A DNA stretch of 64,000 bases from Candidatus Nanoarchaeia archaeon. GTDB taxonomy: Archaea; Nanobdellota; Nanobdellia; SCGC-AAA011-G17; JACPNG01. Made by a program: the position numbers and the translations under genes. Within the stretch, counting starts at the first letter, position 1; each line of letters begins with the position of its first letter. Of this stretch, positions 1 through 8,521 are shown one piece after another. The notes below the pieces were generated by a model. It had not been told where the DNA came from, searched no databases, and saw nothing but the letters and a program-made list of their open reading frames with translations. The stretch is from positions 2,147-66,146 of the forward strand of contig JAQTMY010000001.1 in NCBI GenBank assembly GCA_028714095.1, read 5' to 3'.

Positions 1-663
1 CAATCCTGTTGAGATTCCGGCTAAAACTCCAAATAAAACAACCTTCCAGTTTTCCTTGCTCTTAAAACCAACAAAATAAAAGTAAAATGCCATAAACATG
101 AAAACAGTAGCTAGTCCTTCCTTGTCAGAAGACCCAAACATTCCTTTGTATAAAAATGTAGGAATAACTGTTAAAAAAGCAGAGGCAATTATCGCCAGTT
201 TAGTATTAAACAATTTCTTCATTAATAAGAAGAAAAATATCAAACCGATTCCAAACGCGATCGGAGGGTAAATATTAACAGCATATTCTAAAGTCAGGTC
301 AGGATTAAAGAAATCCAAGAACTTATACAGATAAACCATGAAATGAGTTAGAAGGCTGAATTCAACCAGGTTTGGAAATCCTAAAGGAAAATTCCTCATA
401 TAATCAACGCTCATCAAATTACCATTTTCATTCAAATACCTCGCATATCTCAGGAAAGCATGAGGATCCAAGTCAATAGTCACATAATTTCCTGTTGTAG
501 CATCTATTGTAAGAGGCATATTCAAGATTCTTACATAAAACCCAAACACAATAAGAATAATTAAGATACCATAAATAATCCAGTTCTGGTGTTTTTTAAA
601 CTTTTCAAAAATCTCTTTTTTTCTTACTTCCAGAACCTCTTTAGACTCGTTTTCCTCTGTCAT
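1..663 (-). CDS. aglB: Oligosaccharyltransferase AglB/STT3, N-terminal part (runs off window start; absent from ORF track)
   Basis: Manual translation from ATG at 663: MTEENESKEV...FGFYVRILN...IDLDPHAFLRYARY...MRNFPLG...IYPPIAFGIG...FLYKGMFGSSDKEGLA. DP-x4-R and GxxDxE motifs plus multiple TM helices are typical of STT3. Confidence 0.85.
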   Translation of the reverse strand, partial: MTEENESKEVLEVRKKEIFEKFKKHQNWIIYGILIILIVFGFYVRILNMPLTIDATTGNYVTIDLDPHAFLRYARYLNENGNLMSVDYMRNFPLGFPNLVEFSLLTHFMVYLYKFLDFFNPDLTLEYAVNIYPPIAFGIGLIFFFLLMKKLFNTKLAIIASAFLTVIPTFLYKGMFGSSDKEGLATVFMFMAFYFYFVGFKSKENWKVVLFGVLAGISTGL

Positions 664-728
664 CAAGAAAATAACCCCAAAGATAGTTTAAATAATTATT
701 GGTTAAGAAAAACAAATTTAGAAAATAC

Positions 729-1217
729 CTATTCTAATTTAAAATCATCAGAGAAAATATTCCTTATCCCCCCATAGTCTAATCTATGAACTAGATTATA
801 ATCCTGGGCATAATAATGTTGTTTATGTTCAATTAAATTCTTCTTGAAAAGATAAATTATATCAAAAGGATAGGTTTTATCAACAGAATAAAGTCTTACT
901 GGGTCTTTCAGTGGATATCTAGCAGAAAAAGATACATCTCCCTCTTCTCTCAGAGAAAATTCTATGGCTCCATATTTAGGAAAAACAACAATAGTAGGGT
1001 TTACTATTTGAATACTACATTCGCTCCTTCTTGCCAGATCTGTAAAGAAATAGTTAAGAATGACTCCTTCTTCATCTAACGATCTAACATTCTTCAGTAT
1101 CTGTCCAAGAACTTGGGTAACCTGTTCTAATGAAGGTGCTTTTTTATAAACTGAAGATTTAATAAGTTCTTTCTGGTCTAAAGCTTCCAAATGGGATATT
1201 TGTAATACATTTTCCAT
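729..1217 (-). CDS. Hypothetical protein
   Basis: 162-aa ORF with TATA-like TTTATTAA about 25 nt upstream; no motif recognised. Confidence 0.55.
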   Translation of the reverse strand: MENVLQISHLEALDQKELIKSSVYKKAPSLEQVTQVLGQILKNVRSLDEEGVILNYFFTDLARRSECSIQIVNPTIVVFPKYGAIEFSLREEGDVSFSARYPLKDPVRLYSVDKTYPFDIIYLFKKNLIEHKQHYYAQDYNLVHRLDYGGIRNIFSDDFKLE

Positions 1218-1336
1218 GCCCCAACCAAACCAAAAAGATTAATAAACGTTTCTATAACCAAGGATTATTAGCCCAAAAAAAACCAGGTAAAACTATTACA
1301 ATAATACTTATAAATAATTGTTTCAGAAACTAGCTT

Positions 1337-3130
1337 ATGAAAGCCATAATTCTAGCAGGAGGCCAGAAGATTAAGGATAAAGGCAGAGAAATTCCTAGTC
1401 CTCTTGTTGATCTTAATGGAAAAAAGTTCCTGGAATATCAGATAGAATCTTTAAAAAAAAGCTACATAAATGACATTATATTATGTGTTAGTTCAAAAAA
1501 AGAAATTGAAGAATATTTCCATGATGGCTCAAGCCATGGTGTAAAATTAACCTATTCAGAAGAATTAAACCCATTAGGAACTGCTGGGGCAATAAAAAAA
1601 ATATCCAAATTAATTGGGGATGAGACCTTTATAGTCCTTAACGGAGACGTTTATTTTGAAGATGGCCTAAAAGACCTTATTGAAAAACACAGATACAATA
1701 AGGAGAAAGAAAATATCTTACTCACAGTAGGTTATGTAAAGGTAGAAAACAGCAAAGCCCTGATTGCTGGTTTGATTGACTCAGAATATATTATTAAAAC
1801 CCTCTTAAAAGAAAAAGTAATGGACTTTAATAATTTAACAAACTCTGGAGTTTATATCCTTGAACCTATTATTTTATCTTTCATAAAAGAAAATGAAAAA
1901 GTCTCGTTGGAAAGCCAGACTTTTCCATTGCTTTATGAAAAAAATCTCGTAGCAGGAGAATTATTAGCAGCAAAATATTTTGTTGATATCGGAACAATTG
2001 AAAGACTAAAAAGTTTCAGAGTTTACTTAAAAAATCCAGTAAAGCAGATCCCTGTAGCAGAAATCTTCCTTAATGGCAAGGAATTAGATTATCTTAGCGA
2101 TTGCCTAAACACAAACTGGATATCCTCTGCAGGTGAATACATTAAGGAATTTGAGGATGGTTTTGCAAAATTCATAGGCTCTTTATATGGAGTTGCAACA
2201 AATAACGGAACATCAGCGATTCATCTTGCTCTTGCTGCAGTCGGCATAGAAAAAGGAGATGAAGTTATAGTTCCTTCCTTGACATTTATCTCAACAGCAA
2301 ATGCAGTAAAATACTGCAATGCAGTTCCTGTATTCATAGACTCAGATAGATTCTCTTGGAATATTGATCCTAAAAAAATAGAGGAAAAGATAACAAGTAA
2401 AACAAAAGCAATAATTGTTGTTCATCTCTATGGAAATCCCTGCGACATGAATCCTATAATGGAAATAGCAAGAAAACATCATCTTATTGTTATTGAGGAC
2501 GCAGCAGAAGCGCATGGAGCAGAATTCAAAAACCAAAGAGTCGGTTCTTTCGGAGACATATCCTGCTTTAGTTTTTATGGAAACAAGATAATAACAACAG
2601 GAGAAGGAGGGATGTGTCTTACAAATAATAAGGATTTGGCTGATAAAATGAAATATTTAAGAGACCATGGGATGGCTCCTGAAAAAAAATACTGGCATGA
2701 TTCAATTGGATTTAATTTCAGGATGACCAATATGCAGGCAGCAATAGGATTGGCTCAACTGGAAAAAATAGACGAATTAGTTTCTAAAAAAGTCGAGAAT
2801 GCTAACTTTTATAATAAAAATTTATGCAACGTTAAAGGAATAACTCTGCCTCCACTAACCCCAATGTCAAAAAACGTCTACTGGATGTATACAATCCTTA
2901 TAGAAAAAGAATATCCTCTTTCAAAACAAGAGCTTGAAAAAAAATTATTGGAAAATGGGATAGATACCAGACCAGCCTTTTATCCAGTCACTTTAATGCC
3001 CCCATACAAAACAAATGAAAAATTCCCAGTGGCAGAAGAAATATCAAGAAAAGGTTTAACTCTACCATCATCAATAAAACTGACAGAAGAACAAATAAAC
3101 TTTATTTGTAATATAATAAAAAATAACTAA
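1337..3130 (+). CDS. Fusion of sugar-1-phosphate nucleotidyltransferase (N-term) and DegT/DnrJ/EryC1/StrS aminotransferase, perosamine-synthase-like (C-term)
   Basis: N-term MKAIILAGG, PLGTAGAI, VLNGD, DIGT; C-term NGTSAIHLAL, IEDAAEAHGA, FSFYGNKIITTGEGG (PLP lysine), GFNFRMTNMQAAIG. Confidence 0.9.
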   Translation: MKAIILAGGQKIKDKGREIPSPLVDLNGKKFLEYQIESLKKSYINDIILCVSSKKEIEEYFHDGSSHGVKLTYSEELNPLGTAGAIKKISKLIGDETFIVLNGDVYFEDGLKDLIEKHRYNKEKENILLTVGYVKVENSKALIAGLIDSEYIIKTLLKEKVMDFNNLTNSGVYILEPIILSFIKENEKVSLESQTFPLLYEKNLVAGELLAAKYFVDIGTIERLKSFRVYLKNPVKQIPVAEIFLNGKELDYLSDCLNTNWISSAGEYIKEFEDGFAKFIGSLYGVATNNGTSAIHLALAAVGIEKGDEVIVPSLTFISTANAVKYCNAVPVFIDSDRFSWNIDPKKIEEKITSKTKAIIVVHLYGNPCDMNPIMEIARKHHLIVIEDAAEAHGAEFKNQRVGSFGDISCFSFYGNKIITTGEGGMCLTNNKDLADKMKYLRDHGMAPEKKYWHDSIGFNFRMTNMQAAIGLAQLEKIDELVSKKVENANFYNKNLCNVKGITLPPLTPMSKNVYWMYTILIEKEYPLSKQELEKKLLENGIDTRPAFYPVTLMPPYKTNEKFPVAEEISRKGLTLPSSIKLTEEQINFICNIIKNN

Positions 3131-3131
3131 A

Positions 3132-4193
3132 ATGAATTTTGTAATACAAAAGTATAAACACCCTTATAGTATCGGTGACTTATTCATAGCCCTAAACGGA
3201 TTATTCAAGGACTATTCTCCCTTACTTCTTGAAGAAATTAAAAAATACTACCCAAATGATCATATCTATCTAACAGACAAGGGCCGAGAATCACTGAATA
3301 TAATTCTTAAAAATTTAAATCTAAACGAGGGAGATGAAATTGCTATCCCCTCAAACGTATGCGAAGTGGTAATTGAGACAATTCTCTATAATAAATTAAA
3401 GCCATTAATAATTGACATAACAGACAATCTAACTTTAGATCCAAAAGACTTAGTGAAGAAAAAAACAGATAAAACAAAAGCAGTTATCGTAGTCCATCAT
3501 TTTGGAAACGTAGCAGACCTGGATGAAATAAAAAAATCAGGTTTAATCCTTATCGAAGATTGTGCTCAAACAACAGATGCAAAGTATAAAAATCAAATAG
3601 TAGGAAACTTTGCAGATTATTCCTTTAATAGTTTGGACATAACAAAACCAATATCAGCAATCTCTGGTTCTATCCTAATCTCAAAAAAACCATTAAACAT
3701 GAATCTTAAAAAAAGTTATGGCCTTAAATCCTTATTTGAACTTAAATTATTCATGATTTTAAACAACAAGATAGTATATAATCTGATAACAAAAAGATTC
3801 ATAACAGAATTAAAGAGAAAAGAGGCCTTAAAATTCAGAATAAAAAACAAAGCGATGTCTAAGGCAAGTATTGCTTTAGCTTATTCCCAGTATAAAAAAT
3901 ACAATAATAAAAAAAGATACAACCCACCAGAACAACTAAAAAATATCAAGGTTTATTCAGAGATAAATAATATTAAAAAACCATCTTTTAACGTGATTCC
4001 TGTAAAATTAAATCCTAAAAAGCTTAAAAAAATAATAGATTTACCTCAGCCAACCCCTCCATTAATTTATATGCCAAAATATAAGCAATATTATTCTGAA
4101 TGTCCAAACACAGAAAAGATATATAAAGAATTAACACTTCTTCCTACTCACACAGATTTATCTAAGATAAAATGGGAAAAATATATCATCTAA
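3132..4193 (+). CDS. DegT/DnrJ/EryC1/StrS family aminotransferase, divergent
   Basis: GDEIAIPSNVC, KTKAVIVVHHFG, LIEDCAQ, SFNSLDITKP (Lys retained), C-terminal LLPTH. Confidence 0.75.
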   Translation: MNFVIQKYKHPYSIGDLFIALNGLFKDYSPLLLEEIKKYYPNDHIYLTDKGRESLNIILKNLNLNEGDEIAIPSNVCEVVIETILYNKLKPLIIDITDNLTLDPKDLVKKKTDKTKAVIVVHHFGNVADLDEIKKSGLILIEDCAQTTDAKYKNQIVGNFADYSFNSLDITKPISAISGSILISKKPLNMNLKKSYGLKSLFELKLFMILNNKIVYNLITKRFITELKRKEALKFRIKNKAMSKASIALAYSQYKKYNNKKRYNPPEQLKNIKVYSEINNIKKPSFNVIPVKLNPKKLKKIIDLPQPTPPLIYMPKYKQYYSECPNTEKIYKELTLLPTHTDLSKIKWEKYII

Positions 4194-4645
4194 TCAAAGA
4201 AGTAGCAAGATTAATTGCAAACCATTCTATAGGCAACGGTATAAGAAAAATATTTTTTAAAATCTCAGGGGTAAAGATAGGAAAAAAAGTATTCGTTAAT
4301 CAGGGCCTTGTTATAGTCGATAATGGAAAAAAGCATATGGTTATATTGGAGGATTATGTAACATTAGCTCCAAGAATAACAATAATAACAAGATCATCCC
4401 CTTATAACATTCATCCTTCATTAAGAAAAGAAGACCTCCCAATAAAAGAAGGTAAAGTAATAATTGGAGAAGGGTCCTGGATAGGAACAAATGTAACAAT
4501 ATTGCCTAATGTTAAAATAGGAAAATGCTGTATTATTGGAGCAAATTCTTTGGTAACAAAAGACATTCCTGATTACAGTATTGCATTTGGCATTCCTGCA
4601 AAGCCAATAAGAAATCTAAAAGATGGAAATAATAAACCTAAATAA
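4172..4645 (+). CDS. Hexapeptide-repeat (LbH) acyltransferase
   Basis: VIIGEGSWIGTNVTILPNVKIGKCCIIGANSLVTKDIPDYSIAFGIPAK. Confidence 0.9.
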   Translation: MGKIYHLIKEVARLIANHSIGNGIRKIFFKISGVKIGKKVFVNQGLVIVDNGKKHMVILEDYVTLAPRITIITRSSPYNIHPSLRKEDLPIKEGKVIIGEGSWIGTNVTILPNVKIGKCCIIGANSLVTKDIPDYSIAFGIPAKPIRNLKDGNNKPK

Positions 4646-5678
4646 GGAAAATGAAAAAGTATGGGATGATTATCTTGAAAAAAATTCCCGTTCCTCTATA
4701 TTCCATACTCTTGAATGGAAAAACATAATAGAAAAAACCTATAACTTTAAACCTCTTTATTTCTTAGCAATAAATAATAACGAGGTAAAAGGGATTATAT
4801 GCTCTTTTCTAACCTCCAGTTTAATTTTTGGAAAGAAAATAGTCTCAACCCCATTTAATTTTTACAATCAGCCTTTGTTTGAAGATGAAGAAGCAGGGAA
4901 TTTATTGATAAACAAACTAAAAGAGATTGGTTTAGAGGAAAAGGTAAAATACATTGAATTAAAAGCTCTGGAAGATCTAAAAATCCAGAATAATGAACTA
5001 AAAAAGCATCCCCATTATTTTATTTCTAATCTAAAGCTTGAAGACACAGAAGAGAAAATAGAGGCAAAATACTATGACAGATTAAGAAAAAATCTAAGAA
5101 CACTAAGAAGAAACGCTGAAAAGAACAACATTAAAGTAGATTTTTCTGACAAGGAAGAGGATCTGAAACAATTCTACAATGTTTTGGTTAAGATATACAG
5201 GGATAAGCATAACATGATTTGCCAACCCTATTCATTGTACAAGAATATGAAAGAAATTTTCAAAGAAAGGTTTAAGTTATTAACCGCAAAGGAAAATGAT
5301 AAAGTTATAGCCGGAATGATTCTTCTATTTTTCAAAGATCAGGCAGTCTACGCTTATGGAGCCTCCAACTTAAAATATAAAACATTAAGTCCAGGAACTG
5401 TTTTAATAGACTATGCAATAAAATTCTGCTCCAAGAACAATTATAAGACTCTTGATTTCGGGGTAACAAGCCAGTCTCAAACCGAATTGTTAAGCTTCAA
5501 GCAAAACTGGGGCACAACAGAGCACAAAATGCCTTATTATTATATTCCAATAACCCAGAAAGAAATCAATCCTCCTGATTACTATACCTATATGAAAAAT
5601 CTCAGAAAACCTTTTAAGTACGTTCCATTGCCAATTATCAAATTAACGTCCCCAATAATCACAAAACAACTAGGTTAA
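4623..5678 (+). CDS. FemAB/FemX-like GNAT (aminoacyl/acyl transferase)
   Basis: WDDYL...SIFHTLEW, RLRKNLR, YAYGAS, LDFGVT...LLSFKQNWG: tandem GNAT pattern of FemAB-related proteins. Confidence 0.8.
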   Translation: MEIINLNKENEKVWDDYLEKNSRSSIFHTLEWKNIIEKTYNFKPLYFLAINNNEVKGIICSFLTSSLIFGKKIVSTPFNFYNQPLFEDEEAGNLLINKLKEIGLEEKVKYIELKALEDLKIQNNELKKHPHYFISNLKLEDTEEKIEAKYYDRLRKNLRTLRRNAEKNNIKVDFSDKEEDLKQFYNVLVKIYRDKHNMICQPYSLYKNMKEIFKERFKLLTAKENDKVIAGMILLFFKDQAVYAYGASNLKYKTLSPGTVLIDYAIKFCSKNNYKTLDFGVTSQSQTELLSFKQNWGTTEHKMPYYYIPITQKEINPPDYYTYMKNLRKPFKYVPLPIIKLTSPIITKQLG

Positions 5679-5766
5679 ATACCTATTAAAACAAAGGGAA
5701 TACCCTTTTTTGGAATAGATTTCTATAGTTTTCTAAATTAAACAAAAATTAGGAAGGAAGGAAGAT

Positions 5767-6366
5767 ATGCCAAAACATCAAATAGTGTTTTTTGGACCAA
5801 GGATTATTTTTGAAGAAGTACTCAAAAAAATTCCAAGAGAATTAAAAAAAGAGGCAAAAATAATTCTCATCGATTCAAGAAAAAAAGCAGAAAAACTTGC
5901 AGAGAAGCATATAAAAGATGCTCTAAGAAAGATGGGGGTACTAAGAAAAATACTCGTAAGTATGACGAGTATGAAGAGGCTCTATAAACTAAGTCCTCTG
6001 GAAAGACAGTTCAGCATAAGAAAAGACCGATGGGATCTAATTATCTTCATACTAGAAAGAAAACCTCAGAAAGTACTAAAAATACCTTTCGGAACTCAAT
6101 ATGTAATAGGGTCAGAAGCAGAAGCACTTGACCTCTATGTCTATTACATGAATTTTATTGTGACTGTTGTAGAAGATAGACTTCATCTCGAATACAAAGG
6201 CGAAGATCTTTCTAAAGAAGCAAAGAAAATGAATATCCAATACACTTGGACTGTAGAAAGCTCTAATGAATTAAATCCTAATGAGAATGAATTCAAGAAG
6301 CTTTGTGATACAATTGCAAAAGATATAGAAAAAGTACTCGAAGAAGTTAGAACTTTTAAAAAATAA
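5767..6366 (+). CDS. Hypothetical protein
   Basis: 199-aa ORF, purine-rich AGGAAGGAAGG upstream, hairpin terminator downstream. Confidence 0.65.
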   Translation: MPKHQIVFFGPRIIFEEVLKKIPRELKKEAKIILIDSRKKAEKLAEKHIKDALRKMGVLRKILVSMTSMKRLYKLSPLERQFSIRKDRWDLIIFILERKPQKVLKIPFGTQYVIGSEAEALDLYVYYMNFIVTVVEDRLHLEYKGEDLSKEAKKMNIQYTWTVESSNELNPNENEFKKLCDTIAKDIEKVLEEVRTFKK

Positions 6367-6384
6367 TTCTTAACAACCAATCCC

Positions 6385-6416
6385 GCTCCCTCTTTTTAGA
6401 AGGGAGCACTTTTTTT
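6385..6416 (+). terminator. Hairpin plus U-tract terminator
   Basis: GCTCCCT (6385-6391) / AGGGAGC (6401-6407) stem followed by T7 at 6410-6416. Confidence 0.7.
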
Positions 6417-6489
6417 CAATCTAAATATATACATATATAATAAATAAACCACAACTATCTTTAAATAATACTAATCCAAGAAAAATATC

Positions 6490-7197
6490 ATGAAAATTTC
6501 AGTCTTGCTTCCAACCTACAATGAATATGGAAATCTAAAGCCTTTAGTGGAATCAATAAGAAACTCTCTTTCTGAATTCAATCACGAAATAATCATTGTT
6601 GATGATCTAAGCCCGGATAATACCTGGAAACTCGCAGAAGAGCTTGAAAAAAAATACAAAAACGTAAAAGCAATAATAAGAAAAGATGAAAGAGGTTTAG
6701 CTACTGCATTAATGAGAGGCATTAAAGAATCAACAGGAACCCATATTGTTTTCATGGATACAGATTTTAATCACCCTCCAGAATTATTAAAAAAAATGGC
6801 TCATGAATTAAATTACTATGACTTGGTTATAGGCTCAAGATTTGTAAAAGGAGGAGGCGGAGGAGAAATGTCAAAGCTCCAGCATCTTTTAAGTAAAATA
6901 TTAAATTATTACATAAAAGTCATGCTCTCATTGGATGCTAAAGAATCAACTTCAGGTTATTTCATAATCAAAAAATCAATTCTGGATAAATTACCTTTGG
7001 AAAGAGTATTTACTGGTTATGGAGATTATTTCTTTAGGTTGTTATATTTAACAAAAAAACTGGGGGTTAAAACAACTGAAATCCCAGTAAGATATGGGAA
7101 AAGAACCTATGGAGAAAGCAAAACAAGAATTTTAAAGATGGGCTGGAATTATGGAACTGGAGCATTAAAGGTAAGATTGTTTGGGGTAAACAAATAA
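6490..7197 (+). CDS. Polyprenol-phosphate glycosyltransferase (GT2, DPM1-like)
   Basis: LLPTYNE, IIVDDLSPDNT, FMDTDFNHPPE, IGSRFVKGG, EIPVRYGKRTYGESK. Confidence 0.9.
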   Translation: MKISVLLPTYNEYGNLKPLVESIRNSLSEFNHEIIIVDDLSPDNTWKLAEELEKKYKNVKAIIRKDERGLATALMRGIKESTGTHIVFMDTDFNHPPELLKKMAHELNYYDLVIGSRFVKGGGGGEMSKLQHLLSKILNYYIKVMLSLDAKESTSGYFIIKKSILDKLPLERVFTGYGDYFFRLLYLTKKLGVKTTEIPVRYGKRTYGESKTRILKMGWNYGTGALKVRLFGVNK

Positions 7198-7211
7198 CTT
7201 TTTCTAACGAG

Positions 7212-7610
7212 CTATTTTTGTTTATTTAATTTTTTCTTTTCTAGCCAGCCTATTAAAAACAAAATTCCTATTAAAAATGCAGGCCCTGCGATTATTAGCG
7301 ACCAAGACAACATATATATCTGGAAGGATGCACTCATTAACAATCCTGCAATGTAAAGTATTCCAGCTAAAATAAAAACAATTGAACCAACCCATTCATG
7401 CTTCCAGGATATTATTAAGATAATTAACAGGATTATTACTGGAATATTATGCATAAACAATCCTAGGATTGTCCCCCAAAACCCATAATTTCCTTCAAAT
7501 ATATCTAAAGAAAAAACAGCTAAGAATAATATAAACAAAATTGCCAATATCCTTGGGGCCCAGAATATGAATCTATTAATTTTAGTCATCTCTTCATTGA
7601 TAACATTCAA
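7212..7610 (-). CDS. Small four-TM membrane protein (start may be ATG at 7590)
   Basis: Hydrophobic ORF, WAPRILAILFILFLAVFSLD...FMHNIP. Confidence 0.75.
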   Translation of the reverse strand: MNVINEEMTKINRFIFWAPRILAILFILFLAVFSLDIFEGNYGFWGTILGLFMHNIPVIILLIILIISWKHEWVGSIVFILAGILYIAGLLMSASFQIYMLSWSLIIAGPAFLIGILFLIGWLEKKKLNKQK

Positions 7611-7645
7611 GACTTTATAATCTTAACTGCTTGTTTGTATAAACC

Positions 7646-7843
7646 TTAATCCACAAAAACAAGGAATAAACCCATAATAAATAAAAAAATGCCAACAATC
7701 CTAAACATAATTATTAAATTTTTTTCAGTATAAAATTTCCTATATATTTTACAGGCCCCTTTGCCAATATTTTTATTTTTAAAAAAGAATAGCAGTCCAA
7801 TTAAGGATAAGACTATCCCAATAACTAATTGTGAGGTTTCCAT
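7646..7843 (-). CDS. Small two-TM membrane protein
   Basis: 65 aa, two hydrophobic segments, own TATA-like element about 25 nt upstream. Confidence 0.7.
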   Translation of the reverse strand: METSQLVIGIVLSLIGLLFFFKNKNIGKGACKIYRKFYTEKNLIIMFRIVGIFLFIMGLFLVFVD

Positions 7844-7884
7844 TATGTTAACAACTAATCTCAGTATATAATCTTTTCTAAAAA

Positions 7885-8238
7885 TCAGGTCATTGAATTG
7901 TTGATACTCTCTGTTATTATATTCTGGATGTCAACACCGGCAATCCTTAAACCCAGGAATATAACCTGTTTTAAGAGCATGTAGATTAAGATAAAAATTG
8001 CCAGGATTATTAGTTTTCTTACCCAAGGTTTTAATTTGGAGAGAAAAGGGAATTTTTTGCTCAAAAAATTGTCTAGTTTCCCATAAAATTCCTCTTTCAA
8101 GAGGATAAACAACAAAAGAACAATTCCCATCAGGATAATAAAATATAAAGGAAGACCTAATCTATAAAACATATACAACAAGACTATCAAAAGCAAGATT
8201 CTGAGATACTCTTTCCATCTTATCCTTGCCTCTTTCAT
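7885..8238 (-). CDS. Small membrane protein
   Basis: 117 aa, about three hydrophobic segments, ATGA overlap with upstream gene. Confidence 0.7.
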   Translation of the reverse strand: MKEARIRWKEYLRILLLIVLLYMFYRLGLPLYFIILMGIVLLLFILLKEEFYGKLDNFLSKKFPFLSKLKPWVRKLIILAIFILIYMLLKQVIFLGLRIAGVDIQNIITESINNSMT

Positions 8239-8477
8239 CTCTTCTTCAGCTTTCTAATCATGTCTATTATAGCCAATAAAACTCCAATCCCCATCAAACT
8301 GTAACTAACTAATCTACTATCTCCAAAAATAATTCCTGCAAGGACAAATGCGAAAGCAACACCTGCTAATGGAGTAAGTTTTTTCTCTTTCTTGTCCTTC
8401 CTTATAAAAAAGGCAAAAATAGCTATTATTAACAAGATGATTATTGAAAGTAAAATATAAAATTGTGATGCTTCCAT
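8235..8477 (-). CDS. Small three-TM membrane protein
   Basis: 80 aa, LTPLAGVAFAFVLAGIIFGDSRLVSYSLMGIG. Confidence 0.75.
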   Translation of the reverse strand: MEASQFYILLSIIILLIIAIFAFFIRKDKKEKKLTPLAGVAFAFVLAGIIFGDSRLVSYSLMGIGVLLAIIDMIRKLKKR

Positions 8478-8521
8478 TAGACTAACAATAATTCTTAGTT
8501 TATATTCCTATCTAAATATAA

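Noticed and set aside
7212-8514. Integron cassette array
   Set aside because: Intergenic gaps are under 45 nt and promoter-like, one gene pair overlaps, and no attC-type palindromes or integrase are visible.
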